Positions 51,151 through 64,000 of a DNA stretch of 64,000 nucleotides are shown here, one piece after another. The stretch spans positions 47,866,207-47,930,206 of the forward strand of contig JASCQW010000072.1 in the NCBI GenBank assembly GCA_030264375.1, written 5' to 3'. Position 1 is the first letter of the stretch, and every line of letters begins with the position of its first letter. The notes beneath the pieces are model-generated. The model worked only from the letters and a program-made list of their open reading frames with translations. It was not told where the DNA came from and did no database searches. The DNA is from Carcharhinus longimanus. Taxonomy: Eukaryota. The translations under genes were made by a program, and so were the position numbers.

Positions 51151-52639
51151 ACTTCTTAACTTCAGACAGGCTTTCTAAACACTCAAAATCTACCAACCAT
51201 TTGTCAAATTGCACAATCTGGTTTGACAAGATCAACCAAAGAACTTATTGTGATTTAGATTTAATAAGTGGATTTCCTGTATAAGTTATTAAATTCTTGC
51301 ACTTTCATATCTGGCGCTTACAAGGGAACATACCACCATACATTTTGTGGGTGGTGCTCCTCGTCTTTTCAGATCCACTGCTTTGGCAATGACCAGCTAG
51401 ACACTTAATTGTTGGAGGAGAGGCCATATCTGTCTCTAAGTGCACATCCAGCAGTGCTGTTTATATTCAACGTATGTGTTAAATGAATACAACATATGAC
51501 AAACATTGGCTGTTGAAGTTACACATGCTTGTTTCGGGACGGGTGGTCAACATTCAAAGGGGGAGATTTTTGGATACTATAGTCAAGAATGAGAAACTGT
51601 CCTCATTGTTTGGGAACCAATTTCATTAACTGAGCCAATGATGATCTATACACAAAGACTCTATTTGTGAGGTCAAATGTGTTATTTTCCAGAAAGTCAG
51701 TTGATGAAGGATAGAATAGGAGCCAACCTTCGCAAAGTTTTCCAAACATTTATTTATAGAGTTCCACATTACAAGCATACACATCCTAACTCAACAACTA
51801 CAGTTTCATTTCTGTCTATTTATAGGGGTGCAAGTTAATGCCCACCGCCCGTGCACAATTAAACACAATTAATATACAATCATCAAACACACCATCAACC
51901 AAATAATTCCTTTCACTGCAATCAGCATTGATAATTTCAATTTGCTTTCGTTAACAGAATAACATATATTGCTAGTGAAATTAGATAACTGCTCAGCTAG
52001 CATCTATGATGGAATTTTGGTGAATAAATTCTAAAATCTCTTGACTGCAAAGTAATGACTGGAAATTCCCCTTCCTTCAATTAATGAGTAGATTTGGTGA
52101 GAAGCTCCCTTGCCGAAAGATAACAACAGTAGAAATTCACTGCCTGCCTGCCTGCTTCCAATATAACAGCTACCTTTAAAGCTGACAAGACAGAAGCACA
52201 AGAGGATGCCTGTTTGAGTTGATTACTTTAAGAGAATAACCACATCACTCAAATGCTAAACTACAAAAAAGAAATTCAGCATTATACACAAAGAAGTCAA
52301 TGCATCAATGTCTTTCATTGAAGGTGGTAGAACCATTCATAAATGTCAGGGAAGAGCTCAGCTCAGACTCAATGGATAAATTGCGTTCAGTATTACCACT
52401 TCAAGAAAGTCTCTGGGTCTACACTGAATTAGCTAAACTCAGCCAGGGCAATAATTGGGATAGTGGGCCTTTGAACAATGTTCAGGGAAAATTGTTCAGA
52501 GCTCCCCGCTTCTAATTGTTATCAGTAATTCCTAACAGGAAAATCATGCTTATGAATATTAGGCAGGAATAGGATGAGGCTATGCTTGATTTGGCAGGTT
52601 GCCTGCCAGATTTAAATGAGTCGCCACCAGTCAGAGAAT

Positions 52640-55050
52640 TATAGAGATTTACAACATATAAACAGGCCCTTCGGCCCAATTTGTCCATGCCAGCTCTTTT
52701 TTAACCCTTAAGTTAGTCCTAAATGCTCACGTTTTGCCTATATCGCTCTATACCCATCTTACTCACGTAACTGTCTAAGTGCTTTTTAAAAGACAAAATT
52801 GTGCCCACCTCTACCACTATCTCTGGCAGTTTATTCCAAACATCACACCCTCTGTGTGAAAAAATTGCCCCTCTGGACTCTTTTGTATCTTTCCCCTCTC
52901 ACCTTAAACCTACGCCCTCTAGTTTTAGGCTTCCCTACCTTTGGGGAAATATATTGACTACCTATTGATCTATGCCCTTCATTATTCTGTAGACCTCTAA
53001 TAACATCACCGCTGGGCTTCCTATGCTCCAGAGAAAAAAATCCCAGTCTATCCAGCCTCTCCTTATAGNNNNNNNNNNNNNNNNNNNNNNNNNNNNNNNN
53101 NNNNNNNNNNNNNNNNNNNNNNNNNNNNNNNNNNNNNNNNNNNNNNNNNNNNNNNNNNNNNNNNNNNNACAGTATTCCAAGTATGGCCTTACCAACGTAT
53201 TGTACAACTTCAACAAGATGTCCCAATGTTCTGACCAATGAAACCAAACATGCCAAATGGACCACTCTGTCCACCTGTGACTCCACTTTCGAGGAGCTAA
53301 GAACCTGTACCCCTAGATCTCTTTGTTCTGTAACTCTCCCCAATGCCCTATATTAACTGAGCAAGTCCTGCCCTGGTTCAATCAACCAAAATGCATCATC
53401 TCGTATTTATCTAAATTAAACTCCATCTGCCATTTGTCAGCCCACTGGCTCAATTGATCAAGATCCCGTTGCAATCCTAAATAACCTACTTCACTGTCCA
53501 CTATGCCACCAAACTTGGTGTCATCTACAAATTTACTTACGATGCCTATTAAATTCTCATCCAAATCATCAATATAAATGATAATATAAATAAATAAGTG
53601 AATCCAGCACTGTTCTCTGACACCACAGGTCACAGGCCTCCAGTTTGAAAGATGACCCTCTACAACCACCCTTTGNNNNNNNNNNAACAACGTACCATGT
53701 GGCACCTTGTCAAAGGCCTTGCCAAAGTCCATGTAGCTAACATCAACTGCACTGCCCTCATCGACCTTCTTGGTTACCCCTTCAAAAAATTCATTCAAAT
53801 TTGTGAGACATGATTTTCCACTTATAAAGCCATGCTCATCAGTCCTTGTGTCTCTAAAGGCCTGTAGATCCTGTCTCCCAACAATTTACCCACCACAATA
53901 TGAAGCTCACCAGCTTGTAGTTCCCAGGCTTTCCCCTGCAGCCCTTCTTAAACAAAGGCACAACATTTGCCTCTCTCCAATCTTAAGGCACCTCGCCTGT
54001 GACTATCCGTGATTTAAATATCTCTGCTAAGGGACCTGCAATTTTCTTCCTAGCCTCCCACAGCGTCTTGGGATACACTTCATCAGGAGCCAGGGATTCA
54101 TCTATCTTGACACACTTTAAAACTTCCAGCATCTCCTTCTCTGTTACACGTACACTCCTCAAGACATCACTATTTATTTCCCCAGGTTTCCTAACATCCA
54201 TGCTTTTCTCAACATTGAATACTGATGAGAAATATCTATTTAGGATTTCATCCATCTCTTGTGGATCTGCACATAGATGACCTTGTTGATCCTTAAGAAG
54301 TCTTACTCTCTTCCTAGTTACTCTTTTGCCCTTTACGTATTTGTAGAAACTTTTTGGATTTTCCTTTGCCTTATCTGCCAAAGCAATCTCATAACCCCTT
54401 TTTGATCTCCTGATTTCTCCCTTAACTCTACTCCTACACCCTCTAAACTCTTGAAGAGATCCACTTGATCCCAGCTGCCTATGCATGTCATGTACCTCCT
54501 TTTTCTTGACCAGGGCCTCAATATCCTGAGTCATCCATGGTTCTCTAGTTCTACCAGCTTTGCCCTTCACTCTAAGAGGAATGTGCTTAACCTGAACCCT
54601 GGTTGCCACACTTTTGAAATCGTCCCACTTACCAGATGTCCCTTTGCCTTTCCACAGATTCCTCCAATTAACTGTTGAAAATTCCTGCCTGATACCATCA
54701 AAATTGGCCTTGTCCCAATTTAGAATTTTAACTTTTGGGCCAGACCTATCATTTTCCATAGCTATCTTAAAACCAATGGAATTATAGTCACTGGTCCCAA
54801 AGTGATTCCTCACTAATACTTCTGTCACCTGTTCTCCCTTATCTCCCTCGCGATGGTCAAGTTTTGCTCCCTCTCTAGTCAGGACATCCATATACTGAAT
54901 GCAAAATTCCTCCTGGATATACTCAACAAATTTCTCTCCATCAAAGCCTCTAATACTATGGTTGTCCCAGTCAATTCTAGGAAAATTAAAATTCCCTACT
55001 AGTACCACCCTGCTTTTCTTGGCGCTATCTGTAATCTCCTTACATATTTG
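52640..55050 (-). mobile_element. CR1/HER1 LINE ORF2, relatively intact but frameshifted
   Basis: ORFs 53983-55008 (VLVGNFNFPRIDW...APDEVYPKTL), 53382-53798 (YMDFGKAFDKVPH...SKFVDDTK) and 52843-53343, followed by the CR1 tail. Confidence 0.93.
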
Positions 55051-55479
55051 CTCAGTCAGCTGATCAGTCCATCAATGGATTGCCCAAAAGTGGAAACAAA
55101 GCCATTTTTTTTCAAAAAGGAACAAAAAAAAAGTACAAATTATGTTGAAGGAAGAGTTTTTTGTGTGTGCAGTGATCAAGATGCCGCTGGTTTTCAAAAG
55201 GAATTTGTTTTCTCAGGTTTCTTGCACCAACTCAGGTTCACATGTGAAATCTGACATGAACAAATGCAATCAGACAGTGTTAGAGTATACAAGGTTTTAA
55301 AAATTCCTCTTCTGATTTAAGAGTGGCAAACTGCTGCAGTTTTTAAATAGGTTTGTCATAAAAATGAGCATTTTTAATCAGGATAATTGTTTGTGACTAC
55401 CCAATTTTAAATAACTGAAATTGCAAAGTCTCTGTTAATGCTATAAAACATTTTGATGACTTGTTGGATTTGGCTGACA

Positions 55480-57065
55480 GTATTGCCACGCCTTCACAGG
55501 GTAGACACAGAATCGGGAGATCTGTTCACATAAAGACTGCAATCGTAATGGAAGTGCAGTTGCAGTCTTTTTGGGCATAAAACATGACAGAGTTGGAGTG
55601 GCGGGGAGAGGAAAAAGGTCTGTAACATGTCATCTACTAAGTAGGAGCTGCATTTGTCTGTGCTCCTTGACGAGAGTTGCTGGCAAACCAGCCAATGCAG
55701 ACACCTCTCAATATGCATCCTCATCAGTCTTCTTCTCTATGCTACCCCAAAGTCCTCAGCTGAGATCCTTGCTGCAGAATACGTCATCCTCCAGGAAACT
55801 GGCACACAAACCAGATTTTGTCCTAATCTGGCTGTAGGGCATTCATGCATAGGGACTCCCCATGTGCAGATCCCACTCGAAACTAACTTCTAAGATACGC
55901 GCAGTGTCGGTATCAACGAGTGGCTGAGTGTGTCAGATCAAGCAACATGAACTCTTCCTCAATATAGTAGTGCTGCCCTCTCTTCCTTCTGGATGTGCTG
56001 TGGCTGGGCAGGCAGCAGCTCTCTGGTGTCAGAAAGTAGAATATCAGAAAGGGGAAGGTTGAGATGAGGAGAGGAAATTGTGAGCTGAAAAGCAAGAGGT
56101 CCATGATCACACCATCAGCAGTTTGCACATCATGCCAGATAGCAGGATGAGGGTGTGCTGGGAGTTGACAGGGCCAGAAGGCAGGAACATACCATCATCC
56201 TCAATGTTCTTAATGATGTCAGATGCCGTGGGCAGTCAGCCCCATGGTACAGAGAACCATCTCTTCCATAGGGTTCAGGAACTGCAGGCATCCTTGTTCC
56301 CTGCTGGTTCTGTTCTGCACCCTTCTATTGTATCCCACCTTGTCCTGCAAGAAAGAGAGAGAAAGCAGAAGGTGAGTGATTGTGGGGCACTGTGTTTGGT
56401 GATGTGCCTGCCACAGTTGAACAGCTGGGTCTATGTGGAGGCAGCAAAAGGTGGATGTGAGATTGGCATCACTGTAATGTGGGTGAGGGAGAGGTGGAGT
56501 ATCTAGATGTTAGGCACAAGTCCTGGGTGCTGGAAGTGCTGCCAGGTGAATGAAGGGGATTGGTGCATTCAGCAGCATGAAACAGTGGTGCGGTGGATAT
56601 GAAATGTCATGTGAAGATGCCTTCACAGACCTTTACACCCTTGTGAGGTCATTACATTTTGTGTTGCACTGCTATTAGGTCCTTGGGGCCAGACCCCTTG
56701 CACAGATTTCCATAGCTAACTACTCCCATCTGGTTGGAGAGTGGCCCCACTCCACAGAAACATGGCCTCCCTCCTCCTCTCCATTTTCACCACTAAGGTC
56801 TCCAGCTCCATAGGCATGAATCTGGGAGTCCGCTTTCTGTCCACTTTCTGTTCTGACGTTCAGCCTCCTCTGATTCAATGCAGCTTCCCTTTAGGAAGGA
56901 ATCATGCAATCAACACAACTTGCTCAGTCTCCTGTTGAATACTCAGGCAGCCAACAGAGCAGATCCCACTCAAACTTACAGTCAAGCAAATGAGCTGACA
57001 ACATCAAGTTTGCATGCTGCCTGCCTCAATATCAAGAGGCACAGATAGGTAGAAAATCGCAGCCT
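55480..57065 (-). mobile_element. Harbinger transposon remnant encoding a decayed Myb/SANT-like accessory protein
   Basis: About 56850-56630: RKRTPRFMPMELETLVVKMERRREAMF...WE*LAMEICARGLAPRT**QCNTKCNDLTR. After acceptor cttgcag at about 56345: DKVGYNRRVQNRT...LQFLNPMEEMVL. TIR-like agaaaatcgcagcc near 57051-57064. Confidence 0.75.
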
Positions 57066-58154
57066 CTCTGTCTGAAAAAGGGCCATAACCAATTTTTAGC
57101 CTCCATCTTTTCTGGCAGACCTTTTCTGCTCGACAAAAAATAAGGTGTGCGAGCCTCGTAAAAAAAAAAGAGGAAGGACCATGTGTTCAGACACATGCAA
57201 CAGTAAGACGCTATTAACACCATCAATAACAGGAGGAAGGCTTCTCTCAGTCAGGAACAAATAACTTTTATTTAAACATTTCTCAAAAATTTTGATGAGA
57301 AGATAATAAAGTTGAAGCATTTAGGAAAGTTGAAGCATTTAGGGCAGTGCAAAGTGTAGTATTTAACTGATTTCCTCCAACGTTTCAGCTTTTTTTTTCT
57401 CATTGCAGTATTAATCCAGTACAGACTGAGTTTCCTGTTCATTGAATGCTTTTTCTTTCACTGCATGAAGTTTCTTTTGCCTTTATAAATCGATGAGGAA
57501 TGTATACACTCCTTTCTTCCAGCTGATCAAAGCCAGAAAGGTTCTAATGTTTCTTTGCTTGCCTGTATCCACCGAACCCACAAGGCAGCTGCTAAACAGT
57601 TAAAGCAGGGTCTGATTCTAACCCACACTTGTTCCTGAGAGCTGGTTCACTTTACCAATACACACACTCGCATCAGGCGAAATTTTCTCAGAATACGAGA
57701 CAAAAATTTCTTTAAAATCCCTGTGCTTTGCTCTGGCTCCTCTCAAGGCAGCTGCTAAACAATGCTATTGGTTTTAACATTTCTTCCTCTTATTCCAGCC
57801 GTAATTGCCCTCATTGTGAGGTCCCATCAGCTACCTAAATGGTCACCGACTCACCTTTTTATGTCCCTTTTCCTCATAATGTAGGAATAATCAAGTTAAG
57901 GCGCCAATATCCTAACTACTGAGCCTGAAGAAACAGGTTTTCTGCCAATAGCTGACTTACGTACTGCATTTATAAAGTGCTGATAGTATATTAATCCCAG
58001 ATGCAAATCATCCTAGTGTTGGTTCTACTTACCTCCATGTTTGATTTATTTTTAAATGACCAATTCTTCAATCTTGTATTTTTTTTAAACACCATCAATT
58101 TCAGCTACCCATTATACGCAGTTTGTTATAGTACCACTACTTCCTTCTTCTGTA

Positions 58155-58785
58155 AGAACATAGGAAATAGGAGAGGGAGCAGACCATAAGGCCCATTGAG
58201 CCTGCTCAGTCATTCAGTAAGATTACAGTTGATCTTGAGTTTCAACTCCACTTCCCTCCTGCTACCCCATATCTTCTGATTCCCTGAGAATCCAAAAATC
58301 AGTCCACCTCAGACTTAAATATATTTAGTGATGTCACAGCCACATCTCTCTGGGGTAGAAAATTCCAAAGATTCACAACTCTTTGAGTGAAGAAATTTCT
58401 CCTCATCTCAGTGTTATTTGATCAGCCCTTATCCTGAGACATTGACCCTGTATTCTAGATATCGCAGACAGGGTAAACAATGTCTCAGTACCTACTCTGA
58501 ATGTTTCAATGAGATCACCTCTCTACACTACAAATGTAGACCCAATTTATTAAGCTTCTCATCACAGGACAACACTCTTACACGGGAACCAATCCAGTGA
58601 ATGTTCATTCTGTTCCTCCAATGCAGTATACCCTTCCTTAAACATGGAGATCAAAATTGTATACAGCATACCAGGTGTAATCTCAGCAAAGCCCCATATA
58701 ATTGTAGCAAGACCTCTTCATTTTTATACTCTAATTCCATAAAGGCCAATACGTCATTTGCTTTCCAAATTGTTTGCTATACCTA
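58155..58785 (-). mobile_element. CR1 LINE 3' fragment
   Basis: taagaacataggaaataggag tail and antisense ORF2 C-terminal motifs. Confidence 0.8.
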
Positions 58786-59267
58786 GCTTTTTCCATGAAA
58801 ATTCTTGAAATATAGAAAAATAAACCTTCTACAGGTATAAGAAAATAAGCACGGATTTACTGAAGATCATCTCACCCCCTACCCCATCATAAATTCTAAT
58901 CATGAAATGTTAGCAGGTCAAATAAGTTTCATTCTAATGCTGATATTCCTGAAGCCAAAAAGAAGTGGGTCGTGATATAACTAGGGTCTGTAGTCTCTGC
59001 TTCTCTATTTCCCGATGGGCAGTCCGGTCCTGTGACAACTAGCATGCTCTTGTTTAAGAAGATCAACATACTTTACTGATAGACAACTCGCTCTAACAGT
59101 AGCAGCCTTCAGACAACTTTAGTAACATCAATTTGATAACTGTGGTGTCACCTGTCCACAAAAGGGTCAATTGACCATATAGCAGTGATGAGAAAATTGA
59201 AGAACCACTTAGATTGCCATCAGACTCAATCTGACAAGACCATTTGCCCACAGATGGTTTGTGTCAA

Positions 59268-59740
59268 TTTGATTCAGTTGAAAGCACTCTCACCTCTGGT
59301 TCTGAGTTTGTGCCTCACTACTCCAATGTAAAACTGAGGAACTGCTAGATTATTGGTGCTCCATAATTTGGGTATACATTAAACCAATTTAACTCTTCAG
59401 AAGGAAATCAAAGATGCTCTGAAAAAAAAGAGCATAGANNNNNNNNNNNNNNNNNNNNNNNNNNNNNNNNNNNNNNNNNNNNNNNNNNNNNNNNNNNNNN
59501 NNNNNNNNNNNNNNNNNNNNNNNNNNNNNNNNNNNNNNAGAGTTGAACTCGTCTTTTGGCCAACATTCCTAACTCAAAAACAGATGCACTTAATGATTCA
59601 TCTCATTGCTATCCATTGAACATTGGTAATGTGGGAATGGCTGCCACATTTGCCTACATAACAAGATTTAATGAATTTCAAAAGCAGTTACATTTTTTGA
59701 AGTATTCTGAATTATGGCACCTCATCATGTCAAAACACGA
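59268..59740 (+). mobile_element. DeuSINE-like element, degenerate and gapped
   Basis: Similar to 13550-13945 (aaagatgctc..., tggccaacattcc..ctcaa, tggctgccacatttgcctacataaca). Confidence 0.55.
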
Positions 59741-61224
59741 TGATTATGGTTATTGGTTATAATTATCATGTGGTGTTCAAAAACTACATACCTGTTCACA
59801 CATTAGTCTTACCACTCCATTCTTCATAAGTTGTTATAGATGAAGCACTAACCCATGAAACATTTGTGGCCCCTGTTATTTTGATAGGATTTTCTGAGTT
59901 TTTGCATCTAAAAACCTGACAAAGAGAGATTGCTTGCTTCTTTGAAAAGCATAACTATCTCAGTCTAAAATCTAATTATTATGCAAAGGGTAGGAAGTTT
60001 CCATTTGTAACTATTACCAGCTGTTTGAAAGCAAAGACTGTCAGCAGTGAACGTGTCGAGTTCTAACTTGACACAAAGCTGTGACAGGTATGGGTAAATG
60101 CATGGTCCTATGGTCCTTTCACATGCAGATATGCTGCTGTCACTGCTAAACTCCAAGAGCTGTGATATACTGTGGTGCTAGAAACACAGATAGCACAATT
60201 CTTGAAAGGGAATCTCTGGAACGATATGATGGTAGTTTTGCCACTTTTGTCATTGAAAGACTGCAGTGTTCAAGGTACTGAAGAAGTAATTGCAATTAAT
60301 TTTCTCTTATCCCAAAGTGCAGTTACTCAACCCTTCCTAGGACAGCATTAATTAAGATCTCTCAACCTATTAAGAGGAGGCCTGGAAAAGTCCGCATGGT
60401 TAATTTGTCCAAATAAGTAGCATGGTCCAGACGACACGTCTGAAACTCATCTAAGAGCCCATTTTGTATATACAGCCTGGCTGTGTACATGACATTTTCA
60501 GAAAGAGTCAAGTCTCATTCAGGGGTAGGTCCAGGACAAAACCATCATCAGAAGTCAACTGACTTGGTCACAAGTAAGAATCAATGATGCATATAGGGGG
60601 CCATGGAGAGGTCGTTTAACGATATCACATGAAATGATGGAATCCGGTGTGGAAATATGAATGGCACTCTTCCTTTTAAGATCCTATCCGAGGTAGTGTA
60701 GCAGTTTTTAGTGAACCAGTGTTACCATTACTATGTATATTCAGAAATGAGATCAACAGTGTTCACACAATTATGACAAGTGAAATAAAATTAAAACTGA
60801 ATTAAATTATATGGAGGAAATTACCATGAGCTATAGTTGGCAGTCAGATACAATATTTTAAACCTCAAGTCACTAACTCTATAAACTTCAATTCATCCAG
60901 TTTTTATGACTATCAGCTGGTTAAACTTAATTTACGTCAATTATTTAACAAAATACTGCATTATTTTGCTACGTTAAAGGTGCTATACAAATGCAAGCTG
61001 CTGTTACATGTTTGAAATTCCCATCAGATATGTAAACTAAAGCAAGTGTTTAAATCTTGTTAGTAATTGCAACACATCAAGAAACAATACGAGTAATGGG
61101 ATGCAGTTCAGTAATGATTCTATTAACATTATAATTTATAAATCTCTACATTAGTACCCATGCAATTTAATAACATTAAGAAAGTCAAAACATTTATTCA
61201 GAATTTTGTTTCAACTGACACAAT

Positions 61225-61497
61225 GTCAGTGGGCACAGTGGTTTGCTCACAGAGCCAGGGACCCAGGTTCAATTCTGGCTTTGGCTGATTGTGCAAACTC
61301 CACACAGACGTTCTCCCTGTGTCTGCGTGGATTCCTCCGGGTGCTCCGCTTTCCTCCCAGACTCCAAAGATGCGCAGGTTANNNNNNNNNNNNNNNNNNN
61401 NNNNNNNNNNNNNNNNNGATGTGTATTAGCCATGGTAAAATGTGCAGGGTTACAGGGATAGTGTGAAGGTCCAGGTAAGATACTCTTCAGAGAGTTG
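61225..61497 (+). mobile_element. HE1-type SINE, interrupted
   Basis: Head and body; tail resumes at about 61827. Confidence 0.82.
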
Positions 61498-61790
61498 ATA
61501 GAATCCCTACAGTGCTGAAGGAGACCATTTGGCCCACTGAGTCTGCACTGACCACAATCCCATCCAGGTTCCATTCCCACAACCCCACATATTTACCCTG
61601 CTAATTCTCCTGACACTCGGGTCAATTTAGCATGGCCAATACAACTAACCTGGAGCACCCGAAGGAAACCCATGCAGACACAGATAGAATGTGAAAACTC
61701 CACACAGACAATGACCCGAGGCCGGAATTGAATCCAGGTCCCTGGCGCTGTGAGGCAGCAGTGCTAACCACTATGCCACAGTGCCACCCC
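61498..61790 (-). mobile_element. HE1-type SINE inserted antisense into the preceding copy
   Basis: Antisense copy starting atagaatccctacagtg. Confidence 0.85.
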
Positions 61791-63849
61791 TTTTTTTTCT
61801 CTGCAGGAATGAAGTTTAAACATACTGGTGCAGACTCAAGCTCCTTCTGCACCTGGGGATTATATTATTCTAAGACACAAATTTAACCTCTCTTCTATGA
61901 CACTAGGAACCAAAAATTCAAAGAACACAACGCCTATCAGAAAATTCCAAACATTTTAACAGCTTTCCATGAGAAAATGACAAAATGATCTAATGAGCAA
62001 AAGGCCAAATGGAGGAAAGGAAGAGGAGCCAAAAGTGAAAAAGATTAAGAAAAAAGAGGATCAACACTTGTTGGAGGGTGCAATTACAATATGCAACATA
62101 AACTGTCCAAGCAGGTGTGGACGTAATTTATTTTGGCAATATAAAATTAAGGGCAAAATTAATTATACTAAAATGGGGGCTGAGTTAATTTTGCATGTCC
62201 TGGTCTATTAATCTCTACCTTTTAACCCTAATTTAGCTGAAGACTTAATTTGGTCTTGACTCTCCGCATCAGATCAGCCAATTTACTGATGATGTTGCTT
62301 CTAGCTTGTCCGTCACGTTTTGTATAAAACACCAATAGGCAAAAGCTAGTCACTTTCTGCTCTTTTTCGAAGATTAAGACAAATAGTCCTCTTCACAGAG
62401 AAGGAAGCCGAGCAGCTGCTAAGCTAGATAAGTTCTTAACAGAAACATCTGTTATTCTTCAACTAACCTGAAAATATATAAGCAATGAAAAAAAATCCTT
62501 GTCTGATATGTATTCAAAAAAAATTGCAAACCATGAATTCAAAGAAGCAACATCATTGAAAGGGTCCTCTCTAGGATGACTCTGATGTCAGGCTGAAATG
62601 TGACACTCAAGCCATAACAAAACAGAATGAAAAGCAACTTTCAAAGTGGTTACAAAAGATCTGTATAAAACCGACATTTTGAATGTAACATTTCTTAATT
62701 ACTCAGTAGCAAAAGTATTCCGTATCATGGCATCCAGAATTTATATAACTTTACATACACAATCTAATAAATTAATCCACTGACCTCTCACTTAATTACA
62801 CAAAGTCAACAAGAAACACACCTAAATCTCATGAACGTGTGCTCAATATAGCTTATAGAGGACATATGCACATAGTTTTAGCAAAACACATTTAAATTGT
62901 AAAGTTGTCAAGATACTAATGGGCTTTTTTGCCAGCGCAACTAGCTTAGACTATCTGCACTGTAACAACTACATATGAAAATATAAATAGGCAAACTTTG
63001 GTATGTGTACTAAGTAATCCTTAGCTATTAAGAGAATTCACACTGGAACTACAATTATCTTTCACAGAACTGATGCTTCACCTTGTGCGTAAAATTAATG
63101 AATGATCCAAAATTAATTTGAATGGCTAGTTCTTTTAGTGCAATTTTATATATTTCAGAATCTTAAAAATAAGCAACAAATACAATGCTGGGTTTCCAGA
63201 TCAGAGAACTAAGCTTGCTGCAGAGAAGGAACAATTCCCTGAAAAGCTTTTCCTTCAATCGTGTTCAAATTCAAAACATGTTGTGTGACCCTCCCCAAAT
63301 CTGGAGAGAGTTTTTAAGTCTTGAAGGATTTGGACTTTTATTCAAAAAGTGTTGAGATTTATTGAACACAGCAATGGCAACCAACTCACTGAAGACAACT
63401 TGAGCATTGGAATAGATGAAGGTGAAGTTTGATGTTTGAAAATAGCAAGGAAAGCAAAACAAAGAAATCAGAACTAATGAGGGAACCATTAATATTAAGA
63501 AATGAAAGCTCTTGGTTACGTGTGGGAGAAAATAAGAAATGTGTTTTTGAATGACTGGACGGAATGAGACTTTTATTATCTCTTTGAAAGGCATGAGGTC
63601 AAAATGTGGTGATTTAAGTATTACACTGCAATCTGAATGAATTGAACAACATGGAACAGGGTTGAATAATGAATGAGTGGAAAGGATCACTGCAGTGGAG
63701 GAAAAATAGGTAAGGAAAGAGTTTAAGGTAATCAAGATTATCTGTAACTTTAAGCACAGGATTTGCTAGAAAACCTGAAAGCCGTGAAGACAGCATTGGT
63801 GAAGGGCCATAACTGTAACTTCTTTAGCCCTGCATACCCAATAAAAAAT

Positions 63850-64000
63850 ACATCACCAAAACTTATTGTAGACGGTAAATAAGATGCACCAGAGGTGGAC
63901 TGGGTACCAACAGAGCGCATTGCTTTGTTCTGGATGGTATCAAACTTTTTTGCAGCTGCACTTATCCAGATATCACACTGCTGACTTGTGGTTTGTAGAT
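63850..64000 (-). mobile_element. CR1-like LINE fragment
   Basis: gctttgttctggatggt...gcagctgcacttatccag is antisense to the 9610-9670 motif. Confidence 0.55.

Noticed and set aside
53983-55008. 341-aa ORF as a host gene
   Set aside because: It is CR1 ORF2 (endonuclease-RT linker), with adjacent frameshifted RT pieces.
57308-57343. 18-bp tandem duplication aaagttgaagcatttagg
   Set aside because: Simple slippage duplication with no spacers; not CRISPR-like.
58333-58344. gtcacagccaca (CGCD on the minus strand) as WNT4 exon 3
   Set aside because: Lies upstream of exon 1 inside a CR1 fragment, and the flanks do not encode Wnt.
59164-59177. GGTCAatTGACC palindrome as an estrogen response element
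   Set aside because: Spacer is 2 nt, not the 3 nt of an ERE; isolated site.
63271-63735. 154-aa minus-strand ORF
   Set aside because: Non-ATG start, AT-rich, no recognisable domain or convincing exon boundaries.

Overview
Vertebrate nuclear DNA, very probably from a shark or other elasmobranch (many HE1-type tRNA SINEs and CR1/HER1 LINEs), taken from a gapped scaffold. The only host gene I can support is WNT4 on the minus strand. Coding exon 1 is 37054-36978 (MSPVCFLRSLLVLLLALFTTSASNWL) and exon 2 is 33948-33713 (YLAKLSS...FRNRRWNCS...FGKVVTQG), with a CpG-rich promoter at about 37.4-37.95 kb. I did not find exon 3, so 1-33712 appears to be intron 2 and 38-64 kb upstream intergenic DNA. Most of the rest is decayed transposons: CR1, L2, RTE and Rex1 LINEs, several SINE families, Harbinger remnants and MITEs, and Penelope-like terminal repeats. 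Between them are repeat-free islands that look like enhancers. The most notable observations are a minimal hammerhead ribozyme with an intact core in the sense strand of WNT4 intron 2, palindromic Penelope-like insertions with clear target-site duplications, a diverged local duplication upstream of WNT4, a weak exon-2 donor with a stronger decoy donor downstream, and a TALE-site cluster in the promoter. I found no convincing novel multi-gene system. Repeat family names come from remembered consensus sequences and repeat boundaries are approximate.
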